From assembly GCF_001194135.2 (NCBI RefSeq), contig NC_068991.1, positions 18,459,562-18,509,771 on the forward strand: a stretch of DNA of 50,210 nucleotides, in the 5' to 3' direction. Of this stretch, positions 12,823 through 25,109 are shown piece after piece. Made by a program: the position numbers and the translations under genes. Position 1 is the first letter of the stretch. Each line of letters opens with the position of its first letter. Under the pieces are notes generated by a model, which searched no databases, had not been told where the DNA came from, and was given only the letters and a program-made list of their open reading frames with translations. This DNA is from Octopus bimaculoides (Eukaryota).

Positions 12823-13620
12823 AATCTGGTATGTGAAGCATAAAATCTTGATGGAAGCTTTTAATTTAGATTAACAGGATTATTGTTTGTAGTTAATTTG
12901 AGCAGACGTATTAAGAGACTTCTGTAGTGTAATCATAAGCGCCATCATCTCGTAAGTGATAAAACATACGTGGTTTGTATCCTGTTCTCTTTTTTTAATT
13001 TATCTGGAATCGGGTCATATAACGTTTACGATTGGATACCTACTTACTTGTTTCAAATTTAGACACAAGGCTCTCAATTTTCAAGGTATGGGTTGGTCAA
13101 TTATATCCACTTCAGCACTTGATTTGTACTTTATTTTATCGACAACGAAGAGATGAAAAGAGAAGTTGTTCACAGCGGGAATTTGAACCAGAACGCAAAG
13201 AAACGAACACAAATATAGTAAAGTTTATTTTTCCCTGCCGATGTTCAAATGATTATACCAGTCCACCGTGCTTGTATATATAATCACTTCTGTACTTTAA
13301 TTTTACATCATGTAAAGCTAGAAGGAAGCAACGATATGGAGTCGTGTCAGTGAGCTCGTTTCCCTTTCCGACTGAAGCCAATTCATTTCACATCAATGAC
13401 GTCACTGAGATTGGTGTTATCCGGTGCAATAACTGATGGTGTCACTCCTACCCATGGACTTCCTCTCGTAACAGACCAAACCAAATAGAATCCTTAGTAA
13501 TTATTTTTTTTATACTTATGTTACTCCTAAGTCGTAATTTTCCTTTAGCACTGAACGTAGCATGCTTCTTTTAACCACACAAAAATTCATCAGTGATAGA
13601 AATAAGCGATTAAAAAGAAT

Positions 13621-13800
13621 GTACTGTTCACGTATAACAATAAGAATATTTTCAAATGCTCGGCCACAACCATGTTCGTACGCATTATTCCACCACATAC
13701 ATTCCAGTTCTTTTAAGTAATTATGAAATAGTTCCTCTGATGTATCCTTCATCCGATTCAATTTTTCATTGGCATGAAATCAAAAGAGATTTTGAGTTCA
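13621..13800 (-). mobile_element. Merlin/IS1016-like (ISXO2-type) transposase C-terminal remnant
   Basis: Minus strand reads TQNLF*FHANEKLNRMKDTSEELFHNYLKELECMWWNN....GRAFENILIVIREQY, fitting the family pattern HTQN.E..W..AK.KL..M.GTS..LF.SYL.E.MW......AF.NIL..I...Y as I recall it; no TIRs identified. Confidence 0.6.
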
Positions 13801-14929
13801 TGTAGGTTGACAGGATTTAAAAAAAAAAATCATATTGGCGTTTTATTACACGTGATAACTATTCATAGTCAAGTTCAAAGAAGGAAAGTGATGGTAGTCT
13901 CTCGCAGTCCAAGGAAGACAGTTCTGCAATTTCTTGCTGAACAACCTATGCACAAACGATTTGGTTATAGTGACCAAATGTTAGCACTGTACATTAGCTC
14001 ACTTCCTCCATCAAATCGACAGGTGCATGGTGTGTCACACATCAGGCGTCGAAGTGATCGCAGAGCAACGTGAGATGAAGTATATATTTTGCTCAAGAAC
14101 GCAATGCGCCGTCCGGTAATTGAAACCAAGATCTCGCGATCGTGAATACAACACTTTATCCACAAGGCCATACGCTCTCACAAAAAGGAAGGTATTCAAT
14201 GATACTTAGTTTCTAACATCTTCAGCGCATAATGCTGTAACGAGTTGGCAGAAGTGTTAGCATGCAGGGCAATATGCTTAGTGACGTTTTCCCTGTCTTT
14301 ATGTTCTGAGCCAGGACTTTCGCGACACCCTTAAAGCCAGGAACTTTTCAACACACCCTCGTATGTGTACTACTAAATTTAAACACTCACGTATGTTTTC
14401 TCACACTTTCACTTCAAAACGTTAAAGGACCATCTGGATTTTGTGTGTGTGTGTGTGAGTGTGTATGTGTGTGTGTGTGTTTGAGTGTGTATGCGCGTGT
14501 GTGAATGATTGTGTGTATGTGCATGTGTGAGCGTGTGTGTGCAGAAAAGAATGACACAATCAATTTAACTATATAGTTAAATTGTACGTATCTTTCCTCG
14601 TCTCTTATTTACTCTATTGAGTGCTTTGAATGACTACACTGGAGGGTTTTTTTTTTTTAGATAAGGTCACCATCTGATCGGGGAGAAAGCATTTTCTGGC
14701 TGTGAAGGTGAGGATGTATGTTTGCGCGTTAGTTACGTACGAGATAGTAAAGGACATTTTATACGACGACGACGATGAGTGTGTATGTGTGTGTGTGTGT
14801 TTGCGTGTTCGTTACGTAAATGTATATCTGTACGTCTGTCTTAGTATATATATGTGAGTGTATATGAGAGTGTATATGTGTGTCAGTGTTTGTGTGAGTG
14901 TATGTGTGTGAGAGTGTATGTGTGACTGT

Positions 14930-15739
14930 CAATTACACCGATGTAAACTCGCTATGTGAAAGAGCTATAGTGGCTCCAACTCATGAAATGGTTGATCAAC
15001 TCAATCATAAACTTCTTCAAAAGTTAACAGATACACCAGAAATGACTTTTCTATCAATTCACATAACAGTCGATCAAGATCAGGCTAATCAATACCCTGT
15101 TGAATTTCTGAACACACTTAAACTCACTGGAATGCCACCGCATAACTTGACACTAAAGCTGGATGCTCTCATTATATTGCGTAGGAATCTTGACCCATCT
15201 CACCTGTGTAATGAAACCCGCTTAATTGTTACTTCCATGAAGCCCCATGTCCTGCAGTCTACAATCATAACAGGTAATCACAAAGAAGAAAATGTCTTTA
15301 TTCCAAAATTTCCTCTCATACCTAAAGATGTTCCATTTGAATTTAAGAGACTTCAGTTTCCAGTTAAACTAAGTTTTGGTATTTCAGTTAACAAATCTCA
15401 GGGTCAATCCCTCAAGGTAGTTGGACTTCATCTCTCTACTACATACTTCTCCCGCTGCCAACCCTATATTGGCTGCTCACGAGTTGGAAGCAGTAACAAC
15501 TTATTCATTTGAACACCAACAAAAAATTACGTAATGAATATTGTTTACCCTGAGATGGTTCAAGATTGACAGATTTTCAGTTCAAAATTCTATTATCATT
15601 ACAATTTGGATATTTGAAAATAAAATATAGATATTTTGAAATAACTATGAGAAAAAAAATATATATATCTTCATATTTATAGTTGACTAATCTCAATAAG
15701 AACAGCAATAACCTGGGCAACACCGGGCAATTCAGCTAG
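14930..15739 (+). mobile_element. 5'-truncated Helitron: degenerate PIF1-type helicase C-terminus plus canonical 3' end
   Basis: ORF 14898-15512 has ERAIVAPT, YPVEFLNTL...GMPPHNLTLK, RNLDP..LCNETRL, FKRLQFPVKLSFGISVNKSQGQSL, CSRV. 3' hairpin CCTGG-GCAACA-CCGGG (15712-15727) followed by CTAG (15736-15739) then T. Confidence 0.9.
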
Positions 15740-16105
15740 TAAAGATATATTTGTGACTGTTTATAACACTGAACGTTAAATTCTTTGGTGTTCTTGTCAA
15801 GATATTGCAAAATACAGATAAATGTAGAAAAGGCTGTGAAAGCATTTTCAGATATAAAATCGAGAAGAAAAAAAATGATGAAGCATGTTTTTCAGCATCT
15901 GTTCTCACCACTTCTTTTGTTCTTATTCTTTAATTTATCATAAAACTTCGCTGCAGCTACGAAAGATCAACAACATCCTTTGGACTCTCTCTCTCTCACT
16001 CTCTGTCTCTCGCTCTCTTTCTCTCCCTCTCACCCATCCTTCAGTCGGTGTTTGTAACAAAAATGTGTTGAGATATAATTGCCAGTATTGCAGACACGGT
16101 CACCT

Positions 16106-16208
<103 letters not shown>

Positions 16209-16462
16209 AGTTATATCTAAGGAAGGGTTAAAACGTTATTGCCGAGCTTTAAATATTTTCTTTAGCTTGTATATTCTATCTAATAAACACTTTATTCACA
16301 ATTTTCCCTTCTTGTGAAAATTAAAAATAAATATACTTGTAAGAAGACCGAAATTTAGCATGCTCTAGGCGCCAGCAATCACCAAGACTGTAATGACTTG
16401 AGTATTTTGTGTGGTCTAAAAGATTTTTAGACAGAAATGTAAATATTATTTGTTATAGTGTG

Positions 16463-16687
16463 GAGGTGGCGAACTGACAGGATCATTAGCAACGCCGGGC
16501 GAAATGCTTAGCGATATTTCGTCTGTCTTCGTGTTCTGAGTACAAATGCCGCCAGGGTCGACTTTGCCTTTCATCCTGTTGGAGTAGATAAATTAAGTAC
16601 CAGTTATACACTGGAGATCGATGTACTCGACTCATCTCCACCCCCACCAAATTTTCAGGCCTTGTGCCTATAGTAGAAAGTATTATT
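16463..16687 (+). mobile_element. SINE family 2 copy
   Basis: Full-length match to 12136 copy with (TTA)-type tail. Confidence 0.85.
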
Positions 16688-17087
16688 TGTTATAGTGTAT
16701 AACAGATGGAGTACGTTTGACTAATTTATATTTTGTTATTGTCAATTTACTTATTTTATAAATTGTAAATCTAATATGAAAAATCTTCTCTCAAGGCTTG
16801 TGTATTGACTTCTAACGTAATAACTGCATGGTGTACTTAGTAGTGTTATTTCTGATATTTGAGAATAAATTTATCCTTTGTTCATGAGAAGATTTGGTTG
16901 CAATTTTTAGTAGCGAAAGTGGCCATCAGAAGGAACCATATTAGTTCGTGCTGTTGTTTGCTTGAACAATCTCTTGATTTTCTCTTTGAAGTATTCTGTT
17001 TTGCAAAAAAATGTCTGTTTGTCTATATGTACGTACGTGTGTATGTATGTATGTATGTATGTATGTATGTATGTATGTATGTATGTA

Positions 17088-17484
17088 TTCTCTTAGTCTT
17101 TTACTGGTTTTCGTTATTTGACTGCGGCCATGCTGGAGCACTGCCTTGAAGGATTTTAGTCAAACAAATCGACCCCAGGACTTGTTTTTTAAGCCTAGTA
17201 CTTATTCTATCGGCTTTTTTGCCGAACCGCTAAGTTACGGGCACGTAAACTTACCAACACAAGTTGGGGTACCCCAGTGACGGGGTTACAAACACAGACA
17301 CAAATACACACACATACATATACGACGGGCTTCTTTAAGTTTCCGTGTACCAAATCTACTCACAAGGCTTTGGTTAGCCTGCGGCTATAGTAGAAGACAC
17401 TTGTCCAAGGTGCCCCGCCGTGGGACTGAACCTGGAACCATGTGGCTGAGAAGCAAGCTTCTTACCACACAGCCACGTGTGCGC
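17088..17484 (-). mobile_element. SINE family 3 copy
   Basis: Reverse match to 26233-26628. Confidence 0.85.
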
Positions 17485-17927
17485 TCTAGTCATGCCTACG
17501 TATGTATGTATTATGTCAGAGGCCACTCTTAGTGCTACTGGTAAAATCTAACCCAGTACAACCTGCCGCATGGTCGGGACGTCAGTGATTAAGTTGGCAA
17601 CCCTACCATGCCTGCTTGGTAAGGAGGATGGATTTCGTCGGACAGCCTGCAGGAGGAAAAGCAAAATGTGTCAAAGGACAGATGAACTCAGTAGAGTCAA
17701 CAGCCTTCCGACAGCTNNNNNNNNNNGGCTGACAGCCATTGTCATTAATGTCTAAGATAAGAGAATTTTGTTAGTGATGGTCACACTAATCAACGAGCTG
17801 ATACCCACTACGTATGTGCTTTTGTATGTCGTTATTCAGTTTCATTTCAAGATTTCTTGCCAATAAAGAACCGGTTTCTAACCTAGATCCAAGGCTCCTT
17901 CATTGGAATTTCAGCACCAAGAGGGTA

Positions 17928-17970
<43 letters not shown>

Positions 17971-18140
17971 ATGTATGTATGTATGTATGTACGTATGTAT
18001 GTATGTATACGTGCAGATTTGTATGTTTGCATATAGTTGGATGTCTATATATGCTCATATATACTTATGTATGTATGTATGTATGTATGTGCATGAGTGT
18101 AGATATATATGTACGCGGGTATGTGTGTATGTATGTATGT

Positions 18141-18167
18141 TCTAGTAGCAGCAGCAGCAGTAGTAGC

Positions 18168-18227
<60 letters not shown>

Positions 18228-18262
18228 GGTGGTGGTGGTGGTGGTGGTGGTGGTAGTGGTAG
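18141..18262. repeat. Compound (AGC)n/(AGT)n/(GGT)n trinucleotide repeat
   Basis: Directly visible; explains the poly-Ser/Gly and poly-Leu/Pro ORFs in the track. Confidence 0.95.
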
Positions 18263-19305
18263 TGATTCAATTAGATTAAGTTCCAATAATATGATATATA
18301 CACAGCCTAGTCTGTGAGGCAAGGTGGTGANNNNNNNNNNNNNNNNNNNNNNNNNNNNNNNNNNNNNNNNNNNNNNNNNNNNNNNNNNNNNNNNNNNNNN
18401 NNNNNNNNNNNNNNNNNNNNNNNNNNNNNNNNNNNNNNNNNNNNNNNNNNNNNNNNNNNNNNNNNNNNNNNNNNNNNNNNNNNNNNNNNNNNNNNNNNNN
18501 NNNNNNNNNNNNNNNNNNNNNNNNNNNNNNNNNNNNNNNNNNNNNNNNNNNNNNNNNNNNNNNNNNNNNNNNNNNNNNNNNNNNNNNNNNNNNNNNNNNN
18601 NNNNNNNNNNNNNNNNNNNNNNNNNNNNNNNNNNNNNNNNNNNNNNNNNNNNNNNNNNNNNNNNNNNNNNNNNNNNNNNNNNNNNNNNNNNNNNNNNNNN
18701 NNNNNNNNNNNNNNNNNNNNNNNNNNNNNNNNNNNNNNNNNNNNNNNNNNNNNNNNNNNNNNNNNNNNNNNNNNNNNNNNNNNNNNNNNNNNNNNNNNNN
18801 NNNNNNNNNNNNNNNNNNNNNNNNNNNNNNNNNNNNNNNNNNNNNNNNNNNNNNNNNNNNNNNNNNNNNNNNNNNNNNNNNNNNNNNNNNNNNNNNNNNN
18901 NNNNNNNNNNNNNNNNNNNNNNNNNNNNNNNNNNNNNNNNNNNNNNNNNNNNNNNNNNNNNNNNNNNNNNNNNNNNNNNNNNNNNNNNNNNNNNNNNNNN
19001 NNNNNNNNNNNNNNNNNNNNNNNNNNNNNNNNNNNNNNNNNNNNNNNNNNNNNNNNNNNNNNNNNNNNNNNNNNNNNNNNNNNNNNNNNNNNNNNNNNNN
19101 NNNNNNNNNNNNNNNNNNNNNNNNNNNNNNNNNNNNNNNNNNNNNNNNNNNNNNNNNNNNNNNNNNNNNNNNNNNNNNNNNNNNNNNNNNNNNNNNNNNN
19201 NNNNNNNNNNNNNNCTTTGAGCAGGTAGGTATAGGTATAGATTAAAGTGAAAACGAAAAAGCAAACCGTTAGATATCACCGGTTTGTATTTTCATTTTTA
19301 CTCTA

Positions 19306-19375
<70 letters not shown>

Positions 19376-19829
19376 ATATATACATACGTACATAATACAT
19401 ACACACAGAAACAAACTCACACACACACAAACACACATATGCACGCGCATACACACACATACACACTCACATACGTTTATGTATAAGAAAAGAACTCATG
19501 GTGAAAAGAACACATGGCGTAGTTATGAGGAATCAGTTCCATGTACAAAAAATATACACACGATCTGCAAGGCAATATTAGTTTAATGGCTGAAGTAGTG
19601 ACCACAACGTGGCAGATAAGTAGATTTTCGTTGATCGAGGCAGGACACCTGGCCAAATATGTAACAAACTAGAAATATTACTGGCTGCACTGCTATGGTG
19701 TAAGGGAAACCACCATGTCCTGAGGTTTAATCGTTAAGGAGCACTATTCCATGACACTTGTTAGATCTGATGACTGTGAATTTGAGCTGGTAGGCCCTTG
19801 ATTTTGAAGGCGCATGGATGCCGCCCAAA

Positions 19830-20110
19830 AGGAATTTTCTCTGATGACGACATTTAGATAATAGTATCTGGTAAAGGGATATCGCTGGCTGTTTGCACAG
19901 CTTCGCCATTTCGATTAGGCAAAGCATGAAGTTTCGGGATACCTGTATTTTGGTGCGGCTTTTCTAGTAACGGTTCATATGATTCGAGGACATTCCTGTT
20001 CTTGGTCTCTGAATTTCCAGATACACTTTGGAAAAGATGTAGTGTTTTTCCTTATCCTTTGAACTGAATGCGTGTAGGTGCTAGTGATAACTGTGTTTGA
20101 AATGAAATTT
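19830..20110 (-). mobile_element. Penelope-like element GIY-YIG endonuclease remnant
   Basis: Frameshifted minus-strand translation TTSFPKCIWKFRDQ...*TVTRKAAP, then LCLIE and ILLSKCRHQRKFLL, matching the PLE C-terminal pattern STSLSKYIWKLKD...W.I..KA.PY...C.LCL.EK...ISKCRH..KFLL. Confidence 0.7.
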
Positions 20111-20234
20111 CCAGGTCATTGCTTTTGATACTGTCCAAGGACATCATAGAAGTCTTGTTTCTTTTATACCAATCTACCAGGCTGTTAACATTCTATTTTA
20201 TAGTCATCATTCATTTGTTGTTTCTTTCATACAG

Positions 20235-20445
20235 ATCGATTACGATTACCAAGGAGATTCTCCTAAAGAAGAAGACACTTCAAGTTCACAAGAAGCTTGT
20301 CCGTCGGTACCAAAAACCTTCTCACAATCTGCCTGCCAACAGTCTCAATGCAAGACAGACCAGGACTGCAACAACAACAAGCACAAACGTTGCTGTTTTA
20401 ATGGTTGCATCTACACATGTACGCAACCAATCGATGAGCCTGCTT
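20235..20445 (+). CDS. WFDC1: WFDC1 (ps20)-like protein, WAP-domain exon (phase 0 to 1)
   Basis: TTTCATACAG acceptor, GTGAGT donor; IDYDYQG...ACPSVPKTFSQSACQQSQCKTDQDCNNNKHKRCCFNGCIYTCTQPIDEPA has all 8 WAP cysteines with WFDC1-like spacing. Upstream signal-peptide exon not found. Confidence 0.9.
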
Positions 20446-21309
20446 GTGAGTGTCAAATTTTTCCACTTTTTAAGAAATAATTTTAATACACCCTTCTTCA
20501 CATAAGATTGAGGAGTTCGTCTAGTTCTCCTCTTATTATGACTTTAATAACTGTTTTTTTTTAATTTAGACACGATGTCAGTAGTTTCAAGACACTTGCC
20601 CAAGGTGCCACGCAGTGGGAATGAACCTGGAACCATGTAGTTGGTAAGCAAGCTGCTTACCACACAGCCACTCCTGCGCCTATGTGTACATCTTTCTTAT
20701 AACCTTCCTAAAAAAAACAGCAAACTCTGGTTGAACAGACGATTTTATAACAAAAATGTTTCAAAACGAATGTAAAAGAACGAAATGTAACATTTCTCCT
20801 TCTTTTTGAGGCTTAGAATGAAATGGGGGCAGTGGGCATGAATGATTCTTCGCAGGTCCCTTCAACACTGATAGCACTGATATGGTTGATGTTACTCTTT
20901 AACATCTGTAAATCGACATCTGCTGGATAAAGAAAATAATAAAAAAAGATAGGAAAATGAAAAAAAAAAAAAAAAGAAAGAGGCGAAAACATGGGCGGTA
21001 ATAGGAAATTCTAGAGGGCATATGTTCTAAGGAGGGAGAATTAAGTATATTGATTAGTGCATGGCCCGAAAGAAGGTGGGACAGACACTGTATGGATGAA
21101 AGAAGAGACGGTTGTGCTGAGGGACCTGGTGGGCGGTTGTATGTAACATAACGGGTTCTGAAGAGCGGCGGCCATTGTTGTAGCTATAGCCACCACCACC
21201 ACCGCCATCATCATCACCACTACTACCATTTTTTATAAGCACCTCTCTTCATCTCTCTCGTCAATTCTATATCTTTATTCCTCTCTATCGCTTTGATTAT
21301 CCCTCTGCC

Positions 21310-21355
<46 letters not shown>

Positions 21356-21356
21356 G

Positions 21357-21740
21357 GTGGAAGTGCAATGGCCCAGTGGTTAGGGCAGCGGACTCGCAGT
21401 CGTAGGATCACGGTTTCGATTCCCAGACCGGGCATTGTGAGTGTTTATTGAGCAAAAACACCTAAAGTTCCACGAGGCTCCGGCAGGGGATGGTGGCGAA
21501 CCCTGCTGTACTCTTTCACCACAACTTTCTCTCACTCTTACTTCCTGTTTCTGTTGTGCCTGTAATTCAAAGGGTCGGCCTTGTCACACTGTGTCACGCT
21601 GAATATCCCCGAGAACTACGTTAAGGGTACACGTGTCTGTGGAGTGCTCTGCCACTTGCACGTTAATTTCGCGAGCAGGCTGTTCCGTTGATCGGATCAA
21701 CTGGAACCCTCGACGCCGTAAGCGACGGACTGCCAACAAC
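21357..21740 (+). mobile_element. tRNA-derived SINE, family 1, full length
   Basis: Head has Pol III A-box TGGCCCAGTGG and B-box GGTTTCGATTCC; ends in CCAACAAC; inserted in a (TCTA)n tract. Confidence 0.9.
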
Positions 21741-21787
21741 TATCTATCTATCTATTTCTATCTGTACATCTCTCACTATCTATTTTG

Positions 21788-22125
21788 TGAAGGCGCATGG
21801 CTTAGTGGTTAGGGATATTTGACTCACGATTGTAAGGTCCTGAGTTCGATTCCCGGCGGTGCGTTGTGTCCTTGACAAGACACTTTATTACACGTTGCTC
21901 AGCCAGTAAGAATGAGTAGTGCCTGCATTTCAAAGCAAGGGCCAGCCTTGTCGCATTCTGTGTCGCGCTGAATTTCCTTGAGAACTACGTTAAGGGTACG
22001 TTAAGGGTACGTTAAGGGTACGTATGTCTGAGGAGTGCTCAGTCACTTGCACGTTAATTCACGAGCCGGCTGTTCTGTTGATCGGATCAATTGGAACCCT
22101 CGTCGTCGTGACCGACGGAGTTCCA
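21788..22125 (+). mobile_element. SINE with a different tRNA-like head but family-1 3' half
   Basis: Head GTGAAGGCGCATGGCTTAGTGG..GAGTTCGATTCC; 3' 200 bp aligns to family 1; 11-bp ACGTTAAGGGT triplicated at 21987-22019. Confidence 0.8.
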
Positions 22126-22243
22126 GTACTATATATTTATATCCTTATCTCTTAATCTATTTCTCTTTTTATATCTACTACAAACAACAGCAACTACTAC
22201 AGTATAGTAATATTCTAACATGAGTTTTACAATATCTTTACAG

Positions 22244-22285
22244 TGATTGATTGGCGTGTAGCTCCGCGGAGGATTGTGAAGTCAG
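22244..22285 (+). CDS. WFDC1: WFDC1-like 42-nt exon (phase 1 to 1)
   Basis: CTTTACAG acceptor, GTAAAA donor; encodes (L)IDWRVAPRRIVKS, the counterpart of human WFDC1 VLDWLVQPKPRWLGG as recalled. Confidence 0.8.
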
Positions 22286-22476
22286 GTAAAACACCATTTT
22301 TCATTTTCTTGGTGGCATGGGCAACAGCATAATTGATGGAGACACAGACAGTCACACACACACACACACACACACGTTGAGAATGAGTCAAGAACATGTG
22401 AAAAGAAACAATTATGAGAATTGCATTGCGATAATTATTGCGAGGTGATAATTGATGAAAAATAGGTCGGGGGGGA

Positions 22477-22692
22477 TTGGTTTCAAAATTTAGCACAAGG
22501 CCAGCAATTTCGGCGGAGTGGGTAAGTCGATTACATCGACCCTAGTGCTCAGCTAGCACTTATGTTATCGATGCTGAAAAGGTGAAAGTCAAAGCAGACC
22601 TCGGCGGAATTTGAACTCAGAACGTAAAGACGGACGAAATGCCGTTAAGCATTTTACCCGGCATGCTGCCGATTCTGCCAGCTCGCCGCCTT
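22477..22692 (-). mobile_element. SINE family 2 copy
   Basis: Reverse match to 12136/16463 copies. Confidence 0.85.
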
Positions 22693-23260
22693 CCAGAACG
22701 ATTAAATCAATTACACATGTCAAATAAACTTTATTTTCATTTACATATTTTCTAAGTTATCTCAATAACCAGCTTTAGTTATTTCAAATACACTTCTCTA
22801 CAACGACCAGGTTTCATTAGGAAATTAAAATAGTTTCACACTTTCAATTTGAACCAAAATTACAGTGTTGCATTACGAGAGTGACGATGTGTGAATGATG
22901 AAAGTAATGTTTCTCTGAATTACTCACATGTGTATTATAATAAAGAAAGCTGCTTATCTGTCTACCAAATAAACTATGTTTTTGACCCAGCAGCTCTTTT
23001 TTACAACTAAAATAACCTCAGCAACTAGGCTGGGTCGCACAATTTTGACTGACATTGAACAAAAATTTATATAAGACATTCTATTGTAAAAATTGCCTGG
23101 CAATGACAGGCCATTCAGCTAGTATATACATATACATATNNNNNNNNNNNNNNNNNNNNNNNNNNNNNNNNNNNNNNNNNNNNNNNNNNNNNNNNNNNNN
23201 NNNNNNNNNNNNNNNNNNNNNNNNNNNNNNNNNNNNNNNNNNNNNNNNNNNNNNNNNNNN

Positions 23261-23291
<31 letters not shown>

Positions 23292-23886
23292 CACATGTGT
23301 GTATATATATACACACACACACATGCCATAAGTGATGATCACGATGGTCCAGGCTAACCTGGGGCTAAACAACAGTAAATCCTATGATGGATGGCGCTTA
23401 GACGTTTATGTTGCACTGTCTCAACGATTCAATTCATCTTAGCTATAAATAGCTGATGCAGCAAGGTGTTGATACAGTTCGCTGCTGTAAGCAATGGCAG
23501 CACTGTATAGTTGCTGGGTGTTTCTTGTATCTGTTATATAGGACAAATAAATCTCCTCTCTTTTGATAACACATCGATCTTTCATGGGTACCATTCCTCG
23601 TGAAAAGCATTGTGAGCTAAGAAGCCACTTGTCAGTTTTACAGTTCTGCCATGTTGAGTAAGGCGTGTCTTCTTCACTGTTCACATCGTTTTATATTTTA
23701 CTGTATCCCACATTGCAAAAGACAACTGTCCAAAGTTTAACGCAGTAGGATTGAACCCAAAATTACATGGTTGTTACGAGGTAAACTTCTTAACCACACA
23801 GCCATGGGTCTAACGTATATTGGGGCATCACAAACAGCTGAGTAGGCTCTCTCTCAGTGGCTTTTTTTCCTTTGCTGTTCCCAAAT

Positions 23887-24270
23887 AGGTGCAGGCATGG
23901 CTGTATGGAAAAAAAAAAATTGCTTTCCATCTACATGACTTCAGGTTCAGTCCCACTACGTGGTACCTTGGGCAAGTGTTTTCTACTATAGCCCTGGGCT
24001 GACCAAAGCTTTGTGAGTAGACCTGGAAGATCAAACTGAAAGAAGCATATTGTATGTATGTATGTACGTATGTATGTATGTATGTATGTATGTATGTATG
24101 TATGTATGTATGTATGTATGTTTGCTTCCCTATACATTAGCGGTTCGGCAAAACAGAATGATAGAATAAGTACGAGACTTTAAAGAAATAAGTTCTGAAG
24201 TTGATTTGACTAAAACCTTTCCCAAAGATGGCTGCAGTCCAATGACTGAAACAAGTGAAAGATGAAAGAT
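23887..24270 (+). mobile_element. SINE family 3 copy (diverged)
   Basis: Head AGGTGCAGGCATGGCTGT, B-box GGTTCAGTCCC, 3' GCGGTTCGGCAAAA..GAATAAGTAC. Confidence 0.8.
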
Positions 24271-24867
24271 TTGTTCGACTGTTAAGCTAGTTAAGTATGG
24301 AAGTACAGTCACTGGACTCATCTGGAGATGATGGGAAATGAACTCACGACTCCTGAAATTAACGCAGAGTTCAAAAAATATTTTCTTTTTTCACTGCTTG
24401 AATCTGGAGGAAGGGGCTATGCTCATGACCTTTGCAAACTCTCATGCCGTTCATGTTCCCTTTAGACAGGTGAAGGTCAACGTCTCCAGGGAGACATCAA
24501 CAGGAGAAGACTCCAGAAGGAGGGGCGATGTTCTGGACATAGTAGCTAGTGCAAGGCAGAGGGGCATGAGATTGAGGGGTAGATGCAAGAAAGATTACGA
24601 GAGGTAGAAAGTTGAGTGGGTTAGAAGTGCTTGTATGGAGGAAATACAAGAACAGTCAGCTCTGAGAGACAGAGATGATTGTAATAGTAATAAAAAATGT
24701 AAAGAGAGGAAACTGTACATCAGAAGCAAAATTTTCTTAGAAATACGATTAGGATGACAACCTGCTGGTTATCTCTCACAACTGGAGGTAAGTAATTAAT
24801 AAATTGCTATGTATTGACTGAAAGTTTCAGCTTATATTAAAGATTATCTTCAAAAAATATTTTACAG

Positions 24868-24909
24868 CACCATATTGGTTGATACGAGACCCGGAAACAC
24901 CAGAACAAT
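24868..24909 (+). CDS. WFDC1: WFDC1-like 42-nt exon (phase 1 to 1)
   Basis: TTTTACAG acceptor, GTAAGT donor; encodes (A)PYWLIRDPETPEQ, counterpart of WFDC1 GWLLDGPEE. Confidence 0.8.
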
Positions 24910-25049
24910 GTAAGTAATATTGGAAATAATGACAATGATTATAAACATTTATGTTAATAAGGAAGATGGAGGAGTGGTAGAGATGGTAGAACACCAGATT
25001 AAATATCTTTGAGTTTTTAGTTTCCTTCTTCTATGCTCTAATACACACA

Positions 25050-25109
<60 letters not shown>

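Noticed and set aside
17496-17817. About 300-bp segment flanked by CTACGTATGT direct repeats
   Set aside because: Possible TSD of a retro-insertion, but the repeat overlaps low-complexity TATG sequence and the segment contains a gap; family not identifiable.
18065-19279. Long ORFs of 298-404 aa (also 3929-4732, 12230-12647, 33842-34576, 38131-38616)
   Set aside because: They consist of N-gap X runs and translated microsatellites; no coding evidence.
21357-21430. tRNA-like sequences with A and B boxes
   Set aside because: Heads of multi-copy SINEs; no full cloverleaf with acceptor stem, so not called as tRNA genes.
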